From positions 387,748,001-387,812,000 of the forward strand of contig OZ024741.1 of the NCBI GenBank assembly GCA_964016885.1: DNA of 64,000 bases, read 5' to 3'. Shown piece by piece: positions 25,301 to 37,300 of the stretch. Source of the stretch: Eledone cirrhosa. Its lineage: Eukaryota. The notes beneath the pieces are model-generated. The model ran no database searches. It worked only from the letters and a program-made list of their open reading frames with translations, and was not told the DNA's origin. The position numbers and the translations under genes were made by a program. Position 1 is the first letter of the stretch, and the number at the start of each line of letters is the position of its first letter.

Positions 25301-28300
25301 CACTTGACACAGCTCTGGCTCACATAGTGTTTTATTTTTTATATTTTATATTATATTGAATGTACTCTACATAATATGTAGGCAATTTTAATTTCTAGTG
25401 TGTGTGTGTGTGGTGGGGGGGCTATTATTATTAATATAAAGAAAATTTTTTTCCAGGATTCATAGAAATGGCCTCCCTCTCTCTCGGCCCTCTAAAATCG
25501 CTTCACCCTCACTCTCTCTCTATCATATACGTCGCTCTCTCACTCCCTCTCACTCCCTACGCACCAAATATAAATATAAATAAGCCTGTTACGGGGGACA
25601 AAACTCAGAATTTGTCAACTTTTATTGATGGTCAGTCGGCTTCTAAGAAATGTAACGTACAAATATCATTTTCTTCTTAACTCCCCACCCTTCGGTTCAT
25701 TCATCCATATATCAAAAATCGCCCAGAATCAAAATCTTATTCATAATTGTCTTTCTATAATTCTGTCTCACTGTTCTAAAAATCTTCTCCATGTTGTTCT
25801 AAATATCTTCCCGCTACCATTTTGGCCGAAAATTTTTTCCAGGATTCATAGAAATGACCTCCCTCTCTCTCGACCCTCTAAAATCGCTTCGCTCTCACTC
25901 TCTCTCTATCATATACGTCGCTCTCTCACTCCCTCTCACTCCCTACGCACCAAATATAAATAAGCCTGCCCCTCGCAAACTACACCATACCCCTCCCTCC
26001 CGCCCCCACTCTCCACCCGCCCCCACTCTCCACCTTATTATTTGGACCAATCACAAGTCAACGGCCTATGCTATCACTTCTGGTTGCTTTTCGATATGAT
26101 GGATGGACTAAGTAATTTCTGGAGAGTCTGAAGAATCTGGACACCCGAAGACAATGCCAAAGATAACAACAAATTCACCTCATGCTGCCGGACGAAAGGG
26201 CAAGGCCCCCTCCTCTTTGTTGCGGCTGCGGATGGCCAACATAACCCCAACCTCATCCACCTCACCCCTCCCTGTGCCCCACCCACCAAACGCAATCCAA
26301 AACTTCAGAGTTGGTACCATGAATGTAGGCACCTTAAAAGGCCGCTCTAACGAGGTTGTAGAAATGCTTGAACGTAAGGAGGTTGATGTTTGCTGTATCC
26401 AAGAGACTAGGTGGAGGGGCGGGTCTGCTAGATTCATTGTGGGTAAAAAACGATGCTATAAGCTTTTCTGGGTGGGAAATGACAATGGGCTGGGTGGGGT
26501 AGGAATCATGTTAGCAGAAAAATGGGTGGATAAGATAATAGACGTAAATAGAGTGAATGACAGAATAATTAAAATAAGACTTGTTCTAAATAGAACTACT
26601 GTGACGGTAATATCTGCGTACGCGCCCCAATCCGAACTGCCTGGCGCTATAAAAGACAGTTTCTATGAGACACTGATGCTCACTACCTCCCAAATAACCG
26701 ACAGTGACTATATAATTATTGCTGGCGACCTAAATGGTCACGTTGGACAACATTGTGACAGCTATGATAGAATCCACGGAGGCTATGGGTTTGGTACTAG
26801 AAACGAGGAAGGCTCCAGAATCCTGGAATTCTGTGACGCAAATATCCTAACTATCTGTAACACTAGCTTCAAAATACGAGACAATCACTTGATCACCTAC
26901 AGATCAGGGGAACATACCAGCCAGGTAGATTATATCCTTACCAGAAGACGTGACAGAGTGTCTGTTGTAAACACTAAATCCCTCCCCCATGAAGAATGCA
27001 CCTCCCAACATAGACTCATAATTAGCGACCTCATAGTCAGGATGAGACGTACTCGACAGCAGAAGAGGACTATCCTCAGGAGAAAAATATGGAAGCTAAA
27101 GGATCCCACAGCCAGAAATAAATTTAAAAGCATATTACTTGATGCTTTCGACAGTAAGGAAGAGCATTTAGAGTTGTACAATACAGAGGAACAGTGGGAA
27201 TTCCTGAAAGCAAACCTGCTGATGGCGGCAGACGAAGTCTGTGGCTGGAGCAGGCCTATAGGCAGGAGGAGAGTAACATGGTGGTGGAACAGTAAGGTGG
27301 AGGAGTCAATTAAGGCCAAAAAGCAGGCTTGGAAAGTATGGCGGGATGGGGGAAGTAGAGAAGACTATCAAGTGGCCAGGAGGGAAGCTAGGAAACAAGT
27401 GTTCTTCGCAAGAAGGGAAGCAGAGGAAAGAAAGTTCAAGTATGTTCTACAACGCGAGGACCAAAAACGTGAGGTGTTTAGGATTGCTAGTCAATGTGTC
27501 AAGGAAAACCGTGATATTGTCGGGGAGAAGTGTGTACTTAATGATGATGGTGTACTTGCCATCACTGACACTGATAAGAAGGTAGCTTGGAAGTGTCACT
27601 ACGAAAGGCTACTAAATGAGGAGAATAAATGGGAGAAAGACAGTCTCCCCCACATCGACCCAATAGTGGGACCAGCAGTGTTAGTCGAAGGTAGTATAAT
27701 AAGTAAGGCAATCAAAGATATGAAGACGAGTAAGGCAGCTGGGCCTTCGGAAATAGTTGCTGAGATGCTGAAAACCTCTGGAACGGTGGGACACACCATG
27801 GTCACCCGGATAGTAAACCAAGTCATACAGAATGGGGTTGTTCCGAAGGACTGGCGTAGCAGCATCATCATTAACTGTTACAAGGGTAAAGGAGATGCCC
27901 TAGATAGGAGTAACTATAGAGGCATTAAATTAATCGACCAGGTCGTGAAGGTCACGGAAAAAGTAATAGCGCAACTAATCAGAGAGAGAATTGATCTAGA
28001 TGAAATGCAGTTCGGGTTTGTGTCAGGCAAAAGTACCACAGACGCTCTTTTCATTGTACGACAACTACAGGAGAAGTACCTAGCTAAAAGTAAACCCCTA
28101 TACTTAGCTTTTGTTGACTTGGAGAAAGCCTTTGACAGAGTCCCCCGTTCCATTATCTGGTGGGCTCTTAGAAAACTAGGTGTTGATGAATGGCTTGTGA
28201 GAGCTATACACGCCATGTATAAAGAAACAGTCAGCAAGGTTAGAATTAACAACGAATATAGTGAAGAGTTTAGCGTAAAAGTTGGTGTTCATCAGGGCTC

Positions 28301-31300
28301 CGTTCTTAGCCCTCTACTATTTATTATTGCCCTTCAGGCTATAACAGTGGAGTTCAAGACCGGCTGCCCATGGGAACTCCTATACGCAGATGATCTAACG
28401 CTCATAGCTGAATCAATGGCCAAACTAGAGAAGAAATTCCAAACGGCCGAACTAGAGAAGAAATTCCAAACATGGAAGCACGGCCTAGAATCAAAAGGCC
28501 TTAAAATTAACCTGGCTAAGACTAAAGTTTTAGTTTGTAGGAAGGAAAATAGGGCGCCGGTCCCGTCCGGGAAATGGCCATGCTCAGTGTGTAGGAAAGG
28601 CGTAGGTAGAAACTCCATTTTATGTCCCAAATGCAAAGTATGGGTGCATAAAAGATGTAGTGGGATCACAGGTAAGCTAACTAAGAACATAGATTTTACA
28701 TGTGGCCGGTGCTCTGGTGCAATAAGTAGCAGCAAGTGCCCACAAAATACTAGCTCTCTCAATTGCACAGAGGGTTCTATAGAAATAATGGACAGCTTCC
28801 GTTACCTGGGTGACAAAATCAGCAGTGGGGGAGGGTGCTCTGAAAGTACAGTAGCTAGAGTCAGAACTGGATGGAAAAAGTTCAGAGAGCTTATACCTCT
28901 ATTAGCCGCTAAAGGGTTCTCCCTAAAAATGAAAGGCAGGCTGTATGATGCCTGCATACGAACAGCAATGTTGCATGGCAGTGAGACCTGGGCATTGTGT
29001 GCAGAGGATATACGCATACTAGAGAGGAATGAAGCTTGCATGCTCCACTGGATGTGTAATAGTAATATACGTGAACGGCAAAGCATTAACGAACTAAGGG
29101 AAAAATTAGAAATAAGAGGGATCAGATGTTGTTTACTCGAGAGAAGACTACGTTGGTATGGTCACGTGATGCGCATGAAAGACGACAGCTGTATCAAAAA
29201 GTGCAGGGCAATAAAAATAGACGGTAGCCACGGAGTAGGCAGACCCAGAAAAACCTGGGACGACTTGATAAATTCCGACCTCACACACTTACACCTCTTC
29301 AAGACAATGTCACTGGACCGAGATCTTTGGCGGTACTCAGTAATAGAGAAGACCCGTCTTACCTAAATACAAAGTAAAACCTACTACAGTCAGTAGGCAC
29401 CTCTAATAAAATACAACCCCGTCCCACTACCCCCACCCATCCACACCGCCCCTTTCAATGTAAAGTTATGTTGGTACCACAACATCCAGTCCAAAACAAA
29501 TGAGGTCGTGTAGGTGTCACGACAAAAAAAACACACAGTCCATGCTGTAATGTGGCCGTGTAGGTAACACGGTAAAAACCTCCCAGTTCCACACTGTAAA
29601 TGTGGTTGGTGTTAGGAAGGGCATCCAGCCGTAGAAAACCCGCCAGACAGTCCTATGCGAGCAAGACAACCACTCTTGCCTCAAGTGGGAAAACTCCCGT
29701 CCAAACCCATGCAAGCGTGGAATACGGACGTTAAACGATGATGATGATGATGAAAGAATGATGTGTTCATGTGCAGAGATGCTATAAAATAGCAAAGACT
29801 GAAAAAGAAGTTGCCATCAGCTGCCATGAGGAATCAAACCCACATCTCCCAGATACCAACCACTAAGCCAAGGGACCATGACAACTCTCATCATCTTAAA
29901 TCAGATAGTTGAATCACAACTTTTAGATGTCAATAAACATCGTGTATATGTAGCTGATCTCTCAAACTCTTGTGAAGTGTTGAGAAGACAAAGTTAATAT
30001 AAAGAATGATTTGCTCATCCACAGAGATGCTATAAAAGGGCTTATAAAATGGTGCTATTATCATCATCTTCGGGGCGGTGGATTGGCAGTATCGGTAGAG
30101 AGTCGGACGCCATGCTTTAGAGCACCAGACAAAATATTTTGTAATATGGGATGAGGTGATAAAAGCCGACCTTACCCAATTGCACCTCTCAAAGGCAATG
30201 ACACAGGACCGTGACCTCTGGCGTCACACAGTAATACAGAAGACCCGACTTCCCACGGGTACAAGCCGAATCTGAAGCATATAGACAATATGCCCCCACC
30301 TCTTCCTACTGCAAAGTGGTCATGTAGGTGCCACGGAAAAAAGAACCCAGCACTCACTCTAAATGAGGTTGGTGTTAGGAAGGGCTCCAGCTGAAGAAAT
30401 CAAGCTAGAATCAGTTCCCGTATGAGCAAGACAAGGTCAGCCAACCGGACACTGCCCACAACAGCGTGGAAGAATGGACGTAAAACAGTGATGATGATGA
30501 TGTTCCAGCACTCTGTGTTCTTAATTCAAATCCAGCTGAAGTCAACTTTGCCTTACATTATCCTGGGGTGGGTGGATAGGTATCAATAAAGTACAAGTCA
30601 AGTACTCGGATTAATTTAATCAAAATACCCCACCTCTTAATTTGCTGACTTTCTGCTTAAATTCGAAATTTGAGAGATACGGAGTTCAATTCTACTGCCA
30701 ATTTTTTCCCACCTCTACGGCTATTTTACCCGGCTGTGATTAGTCAGTTTTTGCCTCTGGGATTCCTACGTTTTCTATAAATTTCATTGTAATAATAATT
30801 ATTATTAACATTATCCTCGTTATTATTATTGTTATCAAGGCGGTGGATTGGAAGTATCGGTAGAGGGCTGGACGCCATGCTTTGCAGCATAGAGTTACGG
30901 CCCTTTATGATCTGAGTTCAAATCCCACAGAGGTTAACTTTGCCTTTCGTCCTTACAGGGTCGATAAAATAAGTACCAATCATGCACTGGGATCGATTTA
31001 ATCGACTTTCCCCTCCCCCAAAAATTGCTGGCCTTGTGCCTATATAAGAAACCATTATTAATATTATCATCATTAAATTGGTGGATTGGCAGAATTGTTT
31101 GTGCCTCATACAAAATGCTTTGCATTACTTAGTTATGGCTCTTTGTATTCTGAGTTCAAATCCTGCTGATATCAACTTAACCTTTCATCCTTCCTGGGGA
31201 GGTTGCTAAATTAAAATACCAGTCAAATACTGAGGTTGATTTAATCACTTTTCTTCTCCCCACCAAATTGTTGGTCTTGTGCCAATTATTATTGTTTTTT

Positions 31301-34300
31301 CACTCAGCTTCTAACACTGGTGATGTATTACATTGTTACCTGTTCACGACTAGTTCACTACCCCTTATTTTTTTGAGTAACCTCTGGAGTATTTGAGCTG
31401 TTCCAAACAATGCTGTTTTTTGTAAGTGCTCCATCCATATTGCAACCCCTATTTATTTAATGTACTTCTCAAGGTCCCTACTCACTGTTCCCAAAATTCC
31501 AACTATTATTGGTATTACCACCTTTTTCAGTGACCACAACTGCTTAACCTCCCATACTGCTAACCTGTCATATCTATCAATGTTTTTCCTTCTATATCAC
31601 ATACCTTGTTATCAACTGGACAGGCTATATCTATGATCCAACACTGTTTGCTTTCTTTCTCAATTAATACAATATCTGGTTTCCTATTCTCAATCTCATG
31701 GTCACACTGTATCACAAAGTCCCACAGGATATCTGCATTATCTTTTTCAATGACGTCCTCCGGGTTATGTTCGTACCACATATCTGCTCTGTCAAGTGCA
31801 TATTTGACACAAAGTGCCCAATAGACTAGCCTTGCTATGTTGTCATGATGTCTCTTATATTCTTTCTGTGCTAGTGGTGGTGTTCATTGACTGGTAATAT
31901 GCCATACAGTTTCTCCATTCATGTCACAAATTCTACACCTATCGCTCTCTGCTGTGTGGTGTACTCTATGCTTGATGTAATTAATTCTTAGAGCTTGTTC
32001 TTGAGCAGCACAAATTAAGGCTTCTGTTTCTGGTTTAGATCACTTTTAACCATCCCTAACCACTTTTTTCCTCTGTCTGTCCTATCTTCAACATTTCTAT
32101 GGATTCGTCCATACATTCTCTGTCCGTCTACTTTCAGTTTCATCCATCTTCAAATGCTTGTACTGTGTTTTTTCTTTACAATCTTCTATTTTGCACATCC
32201 CTGATCTTCTTACTTCCAGCAACACTGGTTCTGTGGAATTATTTATGTACCACACCATGTTATTTTCTTCTGTTCCAATGCTGTCTTCGCACTCCATCAG
32301 TCCTTGCTCTCTTCTTTTTCTTGGTACATATAATCTGTCTATGTTGCTCTTTGGGTGAAATACCCCATATCTAGTCAATATTTTCTTGTCTTTCGGTCTA
32401 AACTGTTTAGCTCTTCCATTGTCCACATGATCACCCCCGACCCATATCTAAGGATACCACCCATGTATTGATAGCTTCCATCTTATTCCGTCCATTCAGT
32501 TATGACTTGAAAATAAGTCTCAGTCTGCACATGTATTCCACTTTAAATTTTTCTTTCATTTCTTCCTACATTATCTTATCAACTTCCAATATCCCTAAGT
32601 ACTTATAACCTTCCTCTTCTCTTTGCTTCATAACCTTCCATTATGGCAGCACAAGCCCCTCAATGCTTTTAATTTTGCCTCTGTTCAAGATTAACACACC
32701 TCACGTTTTTAATCCGAACTCCATTCTGATGTCAGCACTAAAGGTATATTCCGTATCAGCGAGGGAACCAAGCTGGGATTCATTCTTACCATAAAGCTTG
32801 AGGCTGTCCATGAATAATAAGTGGTTGACTTTTTGCTGGCGACCTTTGAATTCACAGCCAGACTTAACTTTTCTCAAAATCATTGTCAGTGGTATCACGT
32901 ACAGTACAGACATCAGTGGTGACAGGCTGTCCCATTGGAATATACCTCTCTTGATTTTCTATTGTTCCTAAATTTCTTCCATATGCTGTCAGCTCACTCT
33001 TCCACTCTTTCATACTTTTCCTTAACAATACTGAGGTTGATTTAATCCTCCAAGTTGTTGGTCTTGCTGCGGTGGATTGGCAGTATTAGTAGAGCGTTGG
33101 ACACCATGCTTTACAGCATAGAGTTACAGCCCTTTATGGTCAGAGTTCAAATCTTGGTGAGGTTAGCTTTGCCTTTCATCCTTACGATGTCGATAAAATA
33201 AAGTACCAGTAATGCACTGGAGGTTGATTTAATGAACTTTCTCCTCCCCCAAAATTGTTGGCCTTGTGCTTAAATTAGAAACAATAATTGTTATTATTAT
33301 TATAATTGGTTTCTATATCTTTTACAGTTACGTCTCTACTTTGTGGATGAATGCGACACTTACCGGGCCTTAACACATGTGCACTCCTTTGCACATGACT
33401 TCCATCTGCAGTGCATTATGTCTCATATAGCCGGAGTGCAAGATATCTTCCTGAAAGATTTTCATCTCACCAACTTTCTATCAGATTTCCTTGAAGTCTA
33501 TCCAACACCTCCCAACTTCTCCAGAAATTATGTTCACAGAGGTTAGTTAACCCTTTCATTACCATATTCCAAACAAATGAGAGATATTTCCTATTATTTT
33601 TTAAATCATTTTTAAAATAATCCTGAATTTGAATGATTTAGTAATATAACTGACTTTCTTGTTATTAAGCTGGTATTTGGAACTCAACAAAGATTCTTGC
33701 ATAAAATTATGATGGAAAGTTTTCATTATCATCATCATCGTCATTTAAAGTCCGGTCTCACTGCTAGCAAGGGTTGGATGGATCTACATAGATCAAGTTG
33801 GTCCTGATATGGGGCTACTGAGGTTCCAGACAGGCTGAGGAGGTCTGTATCCCACTTATGTACAGTCATTATTGAGTGCAGAGGAGAAGTTGTCATGTCG
33901 TTTGACACAAATTGAAGGATCATCCTAACCCCTTGTTTGGCAAGATTTCTATGGCTGGATGCCCTTCCTAATACCAACCATTTTACAACATGTACTAGGT
34001 GCTTTTACTGTGTAGATCACCAACACTATAGATAAATATCAGCAGTTGAAAATAGCAATTTTATATCATAGAACCAGGGGCAGTTTCAGGCTGTTTGCTA
34101 TAAAAAGAGATTAAATATCTTTAATTTGGGATTTACAAATATCTTTTTCACACTTGCTCTACTCTTTCTGACTGAAACTTCCTTGCTCTCGTCTTCTCAT
34201 ATTGGATTGACAGAATCATAAGAGCATCAGACAAAATATTTTGTGGTATTTGTTTTGGCTCTTTATGATCTGAGTTCATATAAAATGCCTTGTCTTATTT

Positions 34301-37300
34301 AGTTCTTTATTCCTGAATTCAAGCCTGCTGAAGTTAACTTTGCCTTTCATCTTTCTGACAGTTGATAAAATAAATGATCAGTCCTTGGATTTGCTTATGC
34401 AATATACCTGACAGCAGTTTAATGGTCTTCTTTTTTAATGTAGTTAGGATATGTAGAATATAAACAATTATTTTCTTCAGGAATATGTAGATTCCACCCT
34501 TGCTAATGAACATGCTTGTTTTGTGTATATTCATGTATGTATTTCAGTTAATGTTGCTTCAGTACACTCAGCTGAAAATGAGTACCAGCAATAGCTGGGG
34601 GTTTAACCCTATGATAGACTGGTGTCCTGTCCAGTGGAGTGTCTTGTACTCTCAGTTGCTTCATGTCACGAAAACCAGAATAAGCACCAGCCTGATGAGC
34701 CTCCAGGCTTGAGACAGACTTTAAACTCTTTTTAGACTTGTTACATAGCCTTCATGATGGAAGTGAGATAGATGGATGGATGGTAGTGAGAGAGAGAGCT
34801 AGATTGATAATGGGTGGTGGTGAAAGAATTGAATATGACCAGATCAAATGCCATCTCTCATTGCATAATTATGTGGTACATTGAATGGGATAGAATGCAA
34901 TAAATGGGAGAATAATAAATGTGGCGTTAGATGAAAGACCCTTCAGTTGTGTCAAGGACATGACAGCCTTTCTAGTTTTAGTGATTTACATGATAAACAC
35001 ACCCAGTACATGCTGTGAAGTGGCTGGTGTCAAGAAGGGCATCCAGCTATAGAAAGCTTGCCAAAGGTTGAGAAGACCCTCAGTCTTGTCAAAAGACATG
35101 ACAACTTCTTCTGTGCACTTGTTAGAACCTGAGATCATACGTAAGTGAGACACAGATCCCTGGCTTCTTTAGGAGATCAGTAGCCCTGCTTCAGTACTGA
35201 CTTGGTCTATGTAGACCTGTCCAACTCTTGCTATCAGGGAAAGTGGATGTTACAATGACGATGATGATGATGATGATGGAGATGGAGATATAACCGGAAT
35301 ATTCTTAGCAAGAAGACCACCATCATTACCATTTTGTCTTACATTTGTTTCTAAACTTCTTTTTTTTTTTATCTCTACAGCTCGCATCCAACTGACAAAC
35401 TTAACCTGTCCAAGTGGACAACTATATGACTATATCCTCAAACATCCAAACCTACATGATTTCACAGTCATTCAGCAACAGGCAGCTGCTCATACTGATT
35501 CAGAGCTAGATCTGGTAAGAATTTTACTCTTTATTTCTCTGACTTCATTCCATTGAGGTATCTCATCACATATCTTTATTTCTATAGATCTCGTGACATT
35601 TATCTGTTGTCGATTGTTTAGTAAATTGATCGCATATCCACACACATTTAATTGTCAGTTATTGAGGTGAGCTTGAAGCTATTTGCAGGGTTAGTCAAAA
35701 CGGTGGTTAACCCTGTGGTAGATTAAATAATGACTTAAATTTTACTCGGGGTCACTACAACATACATACACACTTCTTTGAAGCAGATACAAGATTATTT
35801 CAGTAGGTGAGCTGTCAATTTATTCAGAAATAACTTGTCTGCTTTCCGCATGTATTTGAAATATTTATCATCTGTAAGGTGATGATGATGATGAAGCAGA
35901 TGTCTGGACAACTTGGATGCTTTTCCCAGAAATAAATAGTCTGTTAGTTCCTTAGTAACAATTAAAGTAGTGATTCTCAATCGAGATCCACTAAGTTCAC
36001 AAGGAAGGAATTGGGGTGGGGATGTCCATGATGGGAAAGAATAACGTACATATCAAATGAAATACCAATATACACAACTATAAAAGCAATTACAAATTAA
36101 CAGTTCACAAAAAATTGCTGCTTCAGACTTAATCCTATTGGGGACTATACAGGTGTTAGGGTTAAAAATTACTAGTTGACAATTCAAATTGGAAGAGAAA
36201 TTAAGGAAACCTGAGGTTACAAAGAGGGAAATGTGACTTATGTCTCTGAGAGCCACTGAATAAGAGACTTATCCTATAAGCATTGGTTATAACCATTTTC
36301 AAAGCCTCTGACATTTGGTGGGAGGGAGGTAAGGAGGTACTCTAAACCTGCAGATATGATCTAGATGCTTGCAATAGGATGGACTCTACTAAAGGTATCC
36401 AAAGACCAGGTGTTGGTGTTAAACTAAGTAATGGATTCTGTATAGCACAACAAGCTGAATTTCTACTTAATAAATCTATATTTTAAACTATGATTTGATT
36501 TTATGTATTCCTGTTCTACTTGTAATTCTGGGTGTTTTTTTTTGTTTTTTTGTTTTAACACCAGGTCAATAGAGTGAGCTGACCTATAATGAAATATCTT
36601 ATAGCTGTAATCTTTCTTTTTTTTTCTGTCAATGTGTATCTAAGACTACATTATCGAATCTGTCCTTTGTTTTGCAAGATGATAAGATGTTATTTGAGGA
36701 TTTTGGATACTATTACCACTGAGCCAAGCAACCATGTAAAGGCTCACTCTTTGGCTCATATATTCGTAGATAGAATCATGGTTTTGTTTTTGCTGAGAAT
36801 TTTGTTGATTATTCAAGGACTGGAAGATGGTCTAAAGAGAATCAGTAATATTACAAAATACTTATATATTTTTTATTGCCTCGTCAGGAAGAACTCTACC
36901 TCCACCTGTTTATAGGGACTTCAAAATGGGAAGGGGAGAAGGAAGGTGTCTTCACAGCAGAAATCTAGATTGAAAGTTTGAAACTGAGTGAACTTTACAA
37001 AGACCTTCAAGTGCCAGGTGGTGGTTTTAAACTGGACAGGGGATTAAGTTGATCGCCCAGTGTATAGTGTGGAATATTGAGGAGAGAGAGAATATTGAAG
37101 GAAAAGGAGAGAGTTGTAGAGCATTGAAGAAGAAGAGAGGGAGAGCTGTGTTGTGTTGAAGGAAAACTAGTGAGAGCCATGTAGAGTATTGAAGGAGAAG
37201 CAGCTGTGTATAGTATTGAAGGAGAGAGAGAGAGCTGTGTAAAGTATTGAAGGAGAATGAGAGAGAATTTATTAATGAGTAGCTGGTCTTTTTATCCATA

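Noticed and set aside
26125-26153. CTGAAGA upstream of the RTE start as a hammerhead
   Set aside because: No GAAA or stem III follows in register.
26180-29086. Series of antisense ORFs over the RTE (also over the other RTE copies)
   Set aside because: Shadow frames of RT coding sequence, with no independent evidence.
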